Assembly: GCA_965369655.1 (NCBI GenBank)
Contig: CBDUQR010000060.1
Coordinates: forward strand, 1 to 13,084
From: an uncultured bacterium
GTDB taxonomy: Bacteria; Zixibacteria; MSB-5A5; JAABVY01; JAHJOQ01
Reading direction: 5' to 3'
Length of the DNA stretch: 13,084 nt
Shown: positions 1 through 8,721 of the stretch, one piece after another
How positions within the stretch are numbered: the stretch's first letter is position 1
How the letters are laid out: every line of letters begins with the position of its first letter
Made by a program: the position numbers and the translations under genes
Notes under the pieces: generated by a model
Database searches by the model: none
What the model saw: only the letters and a program-made list of their open reading frames with translations
Told to the model about the DNA's origin: nothing

Positions 1-1562
1 GCAAGTTGGCGGTACTTCTGCCAATAGGCTTCCTTACTGTGCCAGGTATCTTCGGGATTGAGAACCTTATCAGGCACGCCTTCCACCTTCTGTGGCACTT
101 CAAAGCCGAACACCTCATCTTTCCTGTACGGCACATCGAGCAGCTTGCCCGACAGCGCGCCATTCAGAAGTGTCCGCGTATGCTGAATCGACATCCGCTT
201 TCCTATGCCGAACGGCCCGCCCGACCAGCCTGTATTTACCAGCCAGCAGTTCACATTGTGCTTCTCAACTTTCTGCTTTAACAGATCAGCATACCTTGCA
301 GGATGATGTACCATGAAAGGTGCGCCGAAACAGGCCGAGAACGTGATCTCAGGCTCTTTGCCGAGATCGACCTCGGTGCCGCTGACTTTCGATGTGTAAC
401 CGGAGATGAAATGATACAGCGCCTGATCGGGAGTAAGCCTGGCGATAGGCGGCAGAACGCCCGATGCGTCGCATGTCAGCATGATGATATTCTTCGGGTG
501 ACCCGCTCGCTTCTCCGGTACTGAGTTTTCGATAAATTCGAGAGGATATGCGCCGCGCGTGTTCTCGGTCATCAGGTCGTCGTCAAGATCGAGATACCGC
601 GTCACCGGATCATACACGACATTCTCGATAATAGTACCGTATCTGCGAGTACAGGCATAAATCTGTGGTTCCGCCTCGGGCGACAGGTTTATCAGCTTAG
701 CGTAGCAGCCGCCTTCGTAGTTGAAGATGCCGTCGTCGCTCCAGCCGTGTTCGTCGTCTCCAATCAGTCGCCGATTCGGATCCGCTGACAGCGTAGTCTT
801 GCCAGTGCCTGACAGGCCGAAGAACAGGGCGACTTCGCCGTCATGACCGACATTCGCCGAGCAGTGCATCGACATGACCCCCTGCAGCGGCATCAGGTAG
901 TTCATCACCGTAAACAATGACTTCTTGATCTCACCGCCATAGCCGGTGTTGCCGATGATTGCCAGTTTCTGCTCGAAGCTCAAAGCGACGAATGTGTCCG
1001 AGGCTGTGCCGTCGATTTCGGGGACAGATTTGAATGACGGAACCGCAATGACCGTGAATTCCGGCACATGGTTGCGAAGTTCCTCGTTCGTCTTCGCCAT
1101 GATACACATGTTGCGCACAAAGAGACTGTGCCAGGCATGCTCGGTAATAACTCTTACCGGCAGCCTGTAGTTCGGGTCCGCTCCGAAATAGCAGTCCTGC
1201 ACGAACACATCGCGATCCTGCAAGTATCCCTGCAAACGGATCAGCAGTTCGTTGAATTTCTCGGTCGACATCGGCCTGTTGTATTCACCCCACCAGACGT
1301 TCTTTTCAGTCTGCTCCTCTTTCACGATGAACTTGTCGTTAGCTGCGCGGGCAGTATGTTTGCCAGTATTCACCGCAAGCGGTCCCTGGAATGTAATCCT
1401 TCCCTCTCGCCTGAACAGGGCTTCTTCGTAGAGCGCCTCTGTCGGGAGATTCCAGTAGTGCATATGCAAACCGGTCAGGCCATGGTTCTTCAGCTTGTAC
1501 TGACTTTTCGTCGCCCTCGCCTGGTCCTGCGCCGGTGTCTTTATATTCAGGTAGTATTTCAT
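1..1562 (-). CDS. pckA: Phosphoenolpyruvate carboxykinase (ATP); 3' end lies beyond the left window edge
   Basis: Not in the ORF track because no stop codon falls in the window. Manual translation from ATG 1562 gives MKYYLNIKTPAQDQ...NTGKHTARAANDKF...GYGGEIKK...SMHCSAN...LFFGLSGTGKTTLSADPNRRLIGDDEHGWSDDGIFNYEGGCYAK...ENTRGAYP...FSACFGAPF...LVNTGWSGG...NPEDTW. These include the P-loop, kinase-2 and PCK-specific motifs. Frame was checked at the start, the P-loop (801-803) and the window edge: 520 codons are visible. The start overlaps the upstream stop (ATGA, 1559-1562). Confidence 0.97.
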   Translation of the reverse strand, partial: MKYYLNIKTPAQDQARATKSQYKLKNHGLTGLHMHYWNLPTEALYEEALFRREGRITFQGPLAVNTGKHTARAANDKFIVKEEQTEKNVWWGEYNRPMSTEKFNELLIRLQGYLQDRDVFVQDCYFGADPNYRLPVRVITEHAWHSLFVRNMCIMAKTNEELRNHVPEFTVIAVPSFKSVPEIDGTASDTFVALSFEQKLAIIGNTGYGGEIKKSLFTVMNYLMPLQGVMSMHCSANVGHDGEVALFFGLSGTGKTTLSADPNRRLIGDDEHGWSDDGIFNYEGGCYAKLINLSPEAEPQIYACTRRYGTIIENVVYDPVTRYLDLDDDLMTENTRGAYPLEFIENSVPEKRAGHPKNIIMLTCDASGVLPPIARLTPDQALYHFISGYTSKVSGTEVDLGKEPEITFSACFGAPFMVHHPARYADLLKQKVEKHNVNCWLVNTGWSGGPFGIGKRMSIQHTRTLLNGALSGKLLDVPYRKDEVFGFEVPQKVEGVPDKVLNPEDTWHSKEAYWQKYRQL

Positions 1563-2776
1563 TTCCAATCCCTCACCATTTTTCTGTCGCCGATGTAAAT
1601 CTCATTCGGTGAGTTCGGATCAAGCGCCCACTTGATCCGCTCTATGCCCTGCTTGATGCTCTTGACAGTTCCGCAGTAGCTCAGCCTGAGATGCCCTTCC
1701 ATGCCGAATTCGTTGCCGGGTACCGTCACGACCATCGCCTTGTCGAGAAGCATCTGCGAGAGCGCGTTTGAGTCATTGCTGTATGCGGAGAAATCCGGGA
1801 AACAGTAGAACGTACCACCTGGTTCCTCGATCCTCACTCCCTCGAAGGCATTCAATTCCTGCATCATGATTTCCTTGTTGTTCTGCAGGAACACGCGCAA
1901 CGCCTCTACGCCGGATTGGATTCCATTGAGAGCGCCGACAGCCGCCGCCTGCGATACCATCGCCGGGCAGGATGTCGTCTGGGCCTGGACATTTATCATC
2001 ACCTCGATCATTGATTTCGCCGCCACTACCCAGCCGATGCGGAACCCGGTCATGGCGTAGGCTTTTGACACGCCATTCACCACGATCAACTTCGATGTAT
2101 CAAGTTCTGCCTTCGAGTACTTGTAGCATGACGTGAATGTCTGGCCATCGAATATCAGCCGATGATAGATATCGTCCATTATCACGTAGATACCCTTGCG
2201 CTCGCACAACTCGATTATCTCGGCGATGAATTTCTCACTGTACACGAGGCCGCTCGGGTTGTTGGGGGAATTGACTATGATCGCCTTGGTGTATGAACTG
2301 ATCTTCGCCTCGATATCCCGTATCCTCGGATGGAATCTACCGTCCTCCGGCGTAACGATGATCGGTATACCGTACTTCATCTTCACCATCTCAGGATAGC
2401 TGACCCAGTACGGCGCAAGAATGATCACCTCGTCCTGCTGGTTGAGCAGCGTGGTCAGAACAACATCAAGAGCCTGTTTTGCCCCACCCGACACCAGTAC
2501 GTTCTCGGGAGCGACCCCTTTGTCGTAGTTCTCTTCTGTATACTTGATGATCGCTTTTTTCAGCGATGGAATGCCGTCGGTCGGAGTATACCTGACGTCC
2601 GCTGTAGTCAGTTTCGACGACGCCGCAATCACGGCATCGATAGGTATCTTGCTCTTCGGCTCCCCGGCGCCGAGATGTATCACCGGCTGGCCGTCCTCCT
2701 TGAGAAGGCGGGCCTTCTCATTGAGCCGAATCGTGGGGGATTCGGCGATTGCTCTTGCCAGTTGACTAAGACTCAT
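1559..2776 (-). CDS. Class I/II PLP-dependent aminotransferase (aspartate aminotransferase-like)
   Basis: Motifs LGAGEP, YTPTDG, NSPNNPSG, DDIYH, NGVSKAYAMTGFRIG (PLP lysine) and LRLSY. Start moved from 2851 to ATG 2776 (MSLSQLARAI, 405 aa) because AGGAGG lies at 2792-2787. Substrate specificity is inferred. Confidence 0.93.
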   Translation of the reverse strand: MSLSQLARAIAESPTIRLNEKARLLKEDGQPVIHLGAGEPKSKIPIDAVIAASSKLTTADVRYTPTDGIPSLKKAIIKYTEENYDKGVAPENVLVSGGAKQALDVVLTTLLNQQDEVIILAPYWVSYPEMVKMKYGIPIIVTPEDGRFHPRIRDIEAKISSYTKAIIVNSPNNPSGLVYSEKFIAEIIELCERKGIYVIMDDIYHRLIFDGQTFTSCYKYSKAELDTSKLIVVNGVSKAYAMTGFRIGWVVAAKSMIEVMINVQAQTTSCPAMVSQAAAVGALNGIQSGVEALRVFLQNNKEIMMQELNAFEGVRIEEPGGTFYCFPDFSAYSNDSNALSQMLLDKAMVVTVPGNEFGMEGHLRLSYCGTVKSIKQGIERIKWALDPNSPNEIYIGDRKMVRDWK

Positions 2777-2840
2777 GGTCCGGAGACCTCCTGTATTATG
2801 ACTTATTGTACTTTCGAGACTGTCTGCCAAGTCACGCCAA

Positions 2841-2858
2841 TAGTGAAACAAATCACAT
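2841..2858. promoter_or_regulatory. Imperfect palindrome matching the CRP/Rex-type operator pattern
   Basis: TAGTGAAACAAATCACAT contains AGTGA-N6-TCACA, 9/10 to the CRP core TGTGA-N6-TCACA and 11/14 to the Rex consensus TTGTGAA-N4-TTCACAA. It lies in the 127-bp gap upstream of aminotransferase-pckA. A TACAAT hexamer on the minus strand is at 2810-2805. Confidence 0.5.
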
Positions 2859-2903
2859 GCGTAGAAACATTACACCATACGCTGCAACAGATTAGCGCGG
2901 ACT

Positions 2904-3866
2904 TCAACCTTTCCTTCTAATTGCTTTTCTTGCTGCCTCAGCTATGTTCACGTCTCTGAGGCCATACTTCGTGAGAAGCTCGTGGCCGTTCCCAGACTCG
3001 CCGAACCGATCATTAACGCCGATCAGCTCCATCGGGACAGGCTGGTGTCTGACGATCACTTCTGCGACCGCGCTCCCCATCCCGCAGTATATCTGATGCT
3101 CCTCGGCAGTGACTATCGCACCGCACTCGGCGGCTGCGTCCACTAAAATATCTTTGTCGATAGGTTTGATCGTATGGAGATTGATGACCCGCGCCTCGAT
3201 TCCATCCTGTGCGAGCATCTCCGCAGCCAGCAATGACTCGTAGACCATCGATCCGCAGGCAATCAATGCGACGTCATTTCCATGTCGCATCAGCACTCCC
3301 CTGCCCAACTCGAATGGCGCATCTTCGTAGGTAATCACCGGGATACTTTCTCTTCCGAGCCTGAGAAAGCAGGGTCCTGGCTTTGCGGCGATAGCCCGAG
3401 TCGCCTTCCTCGCCTCCCAGTAGTCGCACGGTACCACGACAGTCATATTCGGCAGCACCCGCATCAGCCCAAGCTCTTCGAGCGCTTGATGGCTCGCGCC
3501 GTCGGGACCGGTCAGGAGACCGCCGTGACTACCCACGATCTTGACATTCAAGTTGCCGTAACAGACTGTCGTCCTGATCATGTCGAGGCAGCGAGCCGTG
3601 GCGAAACAGCCGTATGTCGCGAAAAATGGTATCTTACCGACAAGCGACAACCCGGACGCGATATTGCACATGTTCTGCTCGGCAATACCGCAATTGATAA
3701 ACCTGTCCGGGAATTCATCCGCGAAATAGCTGACATTGACCGACCCTTTGACATCCGCCGTCAGCGCAACGATGTTCTCGTTCTCGCGACCAAGCTCCAG
3801 AAGCTCATGTCCAAAGCCCTGGCGGGTCTTCTTTTTTTCCACTGTTGTCCGTTCCATGACCACCAT
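2904..3866 (-). CDS. Transketolase C-terminal subunit (pyrimidine-binding and C-terminal domains)
   Basis: 320 aa. Motifs GIAEQNM, GPDGASHQ, RLGR, TIKPID, EEH and DRFGESG. RBS GAGGAG at 3877-3872. Adjacent to the N-terminal subunit gene. Confidence 0.95.
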   Translation of the reverse strand: MVVMERTTVEKKKTRQGFGHELLELGRENENIVALTADVKGSVNVSYFADEFPDRFINCGIAEQNMCNIASGLSLVGKIPFFATYGCFATARCLDMIRTTVCYGNLNVKIVGSHGGLLTGPDGASHQALEELGLMRVLPNMTVVVPCDYWEARKATRAIAAKPGPCFLRLGRESIPVITYEDAPFELGRGVLMRHGNDVALIACGSMVYESLLAAEMLAQDGIEARVINLHTIKPIDKDILVDAAAECGAIVTAEEHQIYCGMGSAVAEVIVRHQPVPMELIGVNDRFGESGNGHELLTKYGLRDVNIAEAARKAIRRKG

Positions 3867-3875
3867 TTCGACTCC

Positions 3876-4739
3876 TCAATTGGACAGCAGACGCTGCGAC
3901 CAGACCTCATACGTTGTGCCGAGCTCTTTCAGAGCATCCTCGCCCTGTTCGAGCGTCGGCGGAACACCATGCCAGCGGTAGTCGTCCTCCATAAATGAAA
4001 CGCCTTTACCCATGACAGTCTTCGCGATTATTATCGTCGGCATCCCCTTGACCGTCTGAGCTGTGTTGAACGCTTCGACGATCTGCCTTATGTCGTGGCC
4101 ATCTATTTCGATCACATTCCAGTTGAAGGCTCTGTATTTGTCAGCTATGGGATGAATGCTCATAATCTCATCCATAGGACCATCGATCTGCGCATTGTTC
4201 AGATCGAGTACCGCACACAGATTGTCAAGCTTGAGGAACCCGGCTGCCATCGCAGCTTCCCAAATCGATCCCTCCTGCTGTTCGCCGTCACCCATAATGC
4301 AGTAGGCTCGATTCGGCTTGCCATCCATCCTGAATCCTGATGCCGCGCCCACCGATATTGAAAGCCCCTGTCCAAGTGAGCCGGTCGATGCCTCGATGCC
4401 GGGCGTGTCGAGCATGTTTGGATGACCCTGCAGATGCGATCCGAGCTTGCGGAATGTCATCAGATCCTTCAACGGAAAATACCCACACTCCGCCAGAATT
4501 GAGTAGTTGGCGGCTGTCACATGGCCAATCGAATATATGATCATATCTCTGTCCGGATCAGACGGGTTTTTAGGATCGTGATTCGCAACTTTGAAATAAA
4601 GCGCGGTCGCGAAATCAGTCACCGACAACGGTCCTCCAGTGTGGCCAGATCGGGCCTCTACGAGCATCGTCACGATGTCACGCCTGATGTCGCGAGCCCT
4701 CTCCTGAAGCTGCTCAATATCATAGTTAAACGGGTTCAA
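3876..4739 (-). CDS. Transketolase N-terminal (TPP-binding) subunit
   Basis: 287 aa with a TTG start supported by GGAGG at 4749-4745. Motifs SGHTGG, DRD, LQGHP, STGSLGQG, GDGE...N TPP-binding motif, IDGHD, KGVSFME and WHG. Confidence 0.95.
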   Translation of the reverse strand: MNPFNYDIEQLQERARDIRRDIVTMLVEARSGHTGGPLSVTDFATALYFKVANHDPKNPSDPDRDMIIYSIGHVTAANYSILAECGYFPLKDLMTFRKLGSHLQGHPNMLDTPGIEASTGSLGQGLSISVGAASGFRMDGKPNRAYCIMGDGEQQEGSIWEAAMAAGFLKLDNLCAVLDLNNAQIDGPMDEIMSIHPIADKYRAFNWNVIEIDGHDIRQIVEAFNTAQTVKGMPTIIIAKTVMGKGVSFMEDDYRWHGVPPTLEQGEDALKELGTTYEVWSQRLLSN

Positions 4740-4801
4740 ACAAGCCTCCGCTCACTTGTGAGATAATTAACAACGAAAAATATATGGCAGCCCATTGCAT
4801 G

Positions 4802-5410
4802 TCAATCGATTTTTTCCAGCCCCCTGAGCTGCTCGAAAAGCCTTTCTGATGCCGACCTCAGGTCATCAAGACTGCCCCAATTATTGATCACGAAGTCCGA
4901 TCTGGAGGCCTGCACAATCGCGGGAATCTGAGAAGAAAGCCTCTGGCAAACCTCCTCTCTGGTCAGGCCGGAATCGACAAGCCGTTCGATCTGCTGATCC
5001 TCCGAAGAAGTGACACAGACAAGAATATCGAGTTCGCTCTCGAACGCCCAGTCGAGAATAAGCGCGGCATCGATCACTACTATATCGCAGTCAGCGGCAA
5101 ATCGGCGTTTCTCAATCTCCGATCTGAGTTTGTCGAGCAGCGGCGGATGCACGATGCTGTCGAGCTTCGCCTTTGCCTGATCCGATGCGAATGCCAATGC
5201 GCCAAGTTTCTGCCTGTCGAGGGAGCCATCGGATGAGATTATCTTATCGCCAAACGCTTCTTTCAGGGCGTTGAGAACGGTATTGTCGTTCTCGACGACT
5301 TCCCTTCCGATCCGGTCGGCAGAGATCACCACCGCGCCATGTTCCTCGAACACTCGAGCAACCTCGGATTTGCCCGAGCCGATCCTCCCGCAGATTCCAA
5401 TTATCAGCAT
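4802..5410 (-). CDS. coaE: Dephospho-CoA kinase
   Basis: 202 aa. N-terminal IGICGRIGSGKS P-loop, ISAD, LDRQKLG, IVHP and DFVINN. The position directly after polA is a common arrangement. Confidence 0.94.
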   Translation of the reverse strand: MLIIGICGRIGSGKSEVARVFEEHGAVVISADRIGREVVENDNTVLNALKEAFGDKIISSDGSLDRQKLGALAFASDQAKAKLDSIVHPPLLDKLRSEIEKRRFAADCDIVVIDAALILDWAFESELDILVCVTSSEDQQIERLVDSGLTREEVCQRLSSQIPAIVQASRSDFVINNWGSLDDLRSASERLFEQLRGLEKID

Positions 5411-5425
5411 TTCAATAGTACCGTC

Positions 5426-8134
5426 CTATTTGCACTCGAGCCAGTTGTCTCCGGCAGCCATGTCGGCTTTGAGTGGCACTTTCAGTTCGACAGCGCCCTC
5501 CATCTCGGTCCTGACAATCTCGCTGACCTGGTCCAGTTCAGACCTGTAGACATCGAGTATCAGTTCGTCGTGCACCTGCAGGATCATCCTCGACTTCATG
5601 TTCCTGAGTCGATGAAACACTCTGATCATCGCAATCTTTATCATGTCCGCAGCGGTGCCCTGAATCGGAGTATTGATCGCAGTCCGCTCGGCGAACTGAC
5701 GCACGTTACGATTGCTCGAATTGATATCCGGTATGTATCTGCGCCTGCCGAGAAGCGTCGTGACATAGCCATCGTCCCGGGCGAGTTGAATGTACTGATC
5801 CATATACTGCCTGATGCCGGGATACCGCATGAAGTATGTCTCGATGAACTGGCTCGCCTCGCCGACCGTCATACTCGACTGCTGCGCCAACCCATAGGCG
5901 GACACGCCATAGATCACCGCGAAATTCGCAGTCTTGGCCCGTCTGCGCATGTCGGGAGTGACATCGTCGAGCGGTACGCCGTACACTTCCGATGCAGTCC
6001 GCGAATGAATATCCTCATCCCGCTCGAATGTCTCGATCATCGTAGGATCGTTCGCGACATGCGCCATGATGCGAAGCTCCACCTGCGAATAATCTGCGGC
6101 CAGCAGTATGTGATCCGAATCGCGCGGAATGAACGCCCTCCTGATCTGAGATCCATCTTCAGTCCGTATCGGTATGTTCTGGAGGTTGGGATCAGACGAT
6201 GACAGCCGCCCTGTCGCGGCGATCGCCTGGTTGAACGATGAATGCACCCGTCCGGTCTTCTCGTTTATCAGCGCGGGCAGCGCATCGACATATGTGCTCT
6301 TCAGCTTCTGGAAATGCCTGTATTCGAGAATGAGTCCCGGCAGTGGGTGATCTTCTTTGAGCTTCTCCAGAACAGACTGGTCAGTCGAGTAGGCTGTTTT
6401 CTTTCCAGTCTTGCGCGACGGTTTCAGGCCGATCCTGTCGAAAATGATCGCCGACAATTGCTGCGTGGAATTGATATTGAATTCCTCACCTGCGGCATCG
6501 TAGATTTCCAAGGCGATGCGGTCGAGCCGTGTTTCCATCTCGACCGAGAGTTCGGCGAGAAAATCGACATCTATGTTCACACCCTCGTATTCCATCTCCG
6601 CGAGGACCTCCACGAGCGGCATTTCGATCTCTCTATAGAGTTTTTCCAGGCTGAAGTCTTCCAGCTTCGGTTCGAGAAGATTCTTCAGGCGATGAGTGCA
6701 GTCGGCGTCCTCGGCGGAGTAGAACGTCGCGTCATCGACTGAGACAGTCGCGAAAGATTTCTGCTTCCTGCCAGTCCCGATCAGATCGCTGATCGGCTGC
6801 ATCTTGTATCCAAGATGCTCCTCTGCGAGATACGACAGACCATGCCGCCGCGACGATGGATTCAGCACATACGATACGATCATCGGATCGGACCTTATGC
6901 CTTCGATACGAATTCCGGCGCTGCGCAGGATCAGGTAATCATACTTGATGTTCTGACCGCATTTGGCAATCGACGGATCTGTCATGATCGGTGCAATCAA
7001 ATTCAGAACTTCATCGCGCGGGAGATTCTGCTCCGACTCATCGTGACCGACGGCAACATAGTACGCCTCACCCTCATCGATACAGAACGAGAGTCCGACC
7101 AGATCAGCCGTTAGTGGATTGAGGCTCGATGTCTCGGTATCAAACGTCAGCTCGCCCTTCTCTCTCACCCTGTCGATGAACTCGCGGAGTTGATCCAGGC
7201 TTGTGATCAGTCTGTAATCCTGTTTGAGCTCGGTTCGCTGTTTGCTCACAGCAATTTCGGGAGCCTGACCATCGAGCTTTTTCAGCAGGCTGCCGAATTC
7301 GAGCTCTTTGAAAAGCTCCCGCACGCGATCATTCACCAGGGGCTGCATGAGCATCTCATCGAACGAGATCGCGGTCTCTGAATCTGTGCGGATAGTCACA
7401 AGCTCTCTGGATAGAATCGCACTCTCTTTGCCTTCAGACACTTTCTTGCGGAGACCCTTCTGGGGAATCTCGTCTGCCTTCGATAGAACATTTTCGAGTG
7501 TGCCATGATCATCGAGCAGCTTAAGCGCAGTCTTTGGGCCAACTCCGGGGATGCCGGGAACGTTGTCGGAAGAATCGCCCATAAGCGCAAGGAGATCGAG
7601 CACCTGTTCCGGGTAGACTCCCATCTTCTGCTTCACACCCTCGCGGTCGAGCATCTCCGTCTCCTGTCCCGATTTCGCAGGCTGGAGCATTTTGATCTTC
7701 TCATTCACAAGCTGCGTGAAGTCTTTGTCGCCGGTGACGAGCACGACATCAAATCCCTCTGCCGCCGCCTTGACGGCATACGCACCGATCAGATCGTCGG
7801 CCTCGAGTCCTTCCTTCTCGGTTCGCGCCACATTCATCGCATCGATTACTTCTTTGAGACGCGGGATTTGCTCCGCCATATCGTCAGGCATTTTAGCACG
7901 GGTCGCCTTGTACTCCGGATACATTTCATGACGAAACGTGGGGGCTTTCGTGTCGAACACAACAAGCAGATGCGACGGTGAGAATTCATCGATGACTCTG
8001 AAGAGCGACATGAGAAATCCGAATACGGCGGACGTCGGTTCGCCGCGAGCGGTAACGAGTGGGTTTCGTATGAAGGCGAAATATGCCCTGTAAATAAGGG
8101 CGGAGCCATCGATGAGAAACAGAGACTTCTTCAT
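5426..8134 (-). CDS. polA: DNA polymerase I
   Basis: 902 aa. 5'-3' exonuclease motifs LIDGS..YRAYFA, EADD, TGDKD and GDSSDNVPG. 3'-5' exonuclease motifs FDTET, NIKYD and YSAEDA, with acidic residues retained. Polymerase motifs TGRLSS, DYSQVELR, KTANF..IYG and QVHDEL. Confidence 0.99.
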   Translation of the reverse strand: MKKSLFLIDGSALIYRAYFAFIRNPLVTARGEPTSAVFGFLMSLFRVIDEFSPSHLLVVFDTKAPTFRHEMYPEYKATRAKMPDDMAEQIPRLKEVIDAMNVARTEKEGLEADDLIGAYAVKAAAEGFDVVLVTGDKDFTQLVNEKIKMLQPAKSGQETEMLDREGVKQKMGVYPEQVLDLLALMGDSSDNVPGIPGVGPKTALKLLDDHGTLENVLSKADEIPQKGLRKKVSEGKESAILSRELVTIRTDSETAISFDEMLMQPLVNDRVRELFKELEFGSLLKKLDGQAPEIAVSKQRTELKQDYRLITSLDQLREFIDRVREKGELTFDTETSSLNPLTADLVGLSFCIDEGEAYYVAVGHDESEQNLPRDEVLNLIAPIMTDPSIAKCGQNIKYDYLILRSAGIRIEGIRSDPMIVSYVLNPSSRRHGLSYLAEEHLGYKMQPISDLIGTGRKQKSFATVSVDDATFYSAEDADCTHRLKNLLEPKLEDFSLEKLYREIEMPLVEVLAEMEYEGVNIDVDFLAELSVEMETRLDRIALEIYDAAGEEFNINSTQQLSAIIFDRIGLKPSRKTGKKTAYSTDQSVLEKLKEDHPLPGLILEYRHFQKLKSTYVDALPALINEKTGRVHSSFNQAIAATGRLSSSDPNLQNIPIRTEDGSQIRRAFIPRDSDHILLAADYSQVELRIMAHVANDPTMIETFERDEDIHSRTASEVYGVPLDDVTPDMRRRAKTANFAVIYGVSAYGLAQQSSMTVGEASQFIETYFMRYPGIRQYMDQYIQLARDDGYVTTLLGRRRYIPDINSSNRNVRQFAERTAINTPIQGTAADMIKIAMIRVFHRLRNMKSRMILQVHDELILDVYRSELDQVSEIVRTEMEGAVELKVPLKADMAAGDNWLECK

Positions 8135-8721
8135 TCGACGTACAGCCCATGCTCGGCAATGTACCGCTCGATCTCACGAGGAACAAGATACCTGATGCTG
8201 CGTCCCGAACGAACTCTCTCTCGAATGTCTGTGGAGGAAATCTCCAGACGAGGAATATCGATGAAATCGACTCTATCCTTGAATCGTGCATTGACCGAAA
8301 CGGATTCGACCGGCCGCGTTCCGACGATCACTCTCGCCTCTTTGACGATTTCATCCGGCTCATGCCAATCTTCCATCTTTTCGAGGTTGTCGAGTCCGAC
8401 GATGAAGTACCAGGAAACGCCGGGGATCCTCGCCTTCAGCGTCCGGATAGTGTCGATCGTGTAAGACGGTCCGCCGGTTTCTTTCTCGATCTCGGACAGC
8501 TCGAACCGGTCGTTGGATTCGCACACCAGCTTAATCATTTCGCGCCGATGCTCGTATTGCGCGAGTCCCTCATGCTCTTTGTGTACCGCCCTGAATGTCG
8601 GCGCCAACAAGACCTTGTCGAGTTTCAATTGTTGAATGCACTCGTTGAAAAGAAACAGATGCCCGTAGTGGACCGGATCAAAAACGCCCCCGCCTATCCC
8701 CACGCGCCGCTCTGCTATCAT
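8131..8721 (-). CDS. nadD: Nicotinate-nucleotide adenylyltransferase
   Basis: 196 aa. GGVFDPVHYGH (HxGH motif), SYTIDT, FIVGLDN..W, ISSTDIR and YIAEHGLY. ATGA overlaps with both neighbours. Confidence 0.95.
   Translation of the reverse strand: MIAERRVGIGGGVFDPVHYGHLFLFNECIQQLKLDKVLLAPTFRAVHKEHEGLAQYEHRREMIKLVCESNDRFELSEIEKETGGPSYTIDTIRTLKARIPGVSWYFIVGLDNLEKMEDWHEPDEIVKEARVIVGTRPVESVSVNARFKDRVDFIDIPRLEISSTDIRERVRSGRSIRYLVPREIERYIAEHGLYVE

Noticed and set aside
2777..2851. N-terminal extension of the aminotransferase in the ORF track (MFHYWRD...)
   Set aside because: The strong AGGAGG before ATG 2776 and the start of family similarity at MSLS indicate this stretch is non-coding leader.
4751..4762. 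Inverted repeat CTCAC-TT-GTGAG upstream of the transketolase RBS
   Set aside because: A 5-bp stem with no U-tract is too short to call a terminator or operator and could arise by chance.
5900..5945. PolA motif B reads KTANFAVIYG instead of the common NFG(L/I)IYG
   Set aside because: A conservative single change with the key Arg, Lys, Phe and Tyr retained, so there is no basis for claiming altered function.
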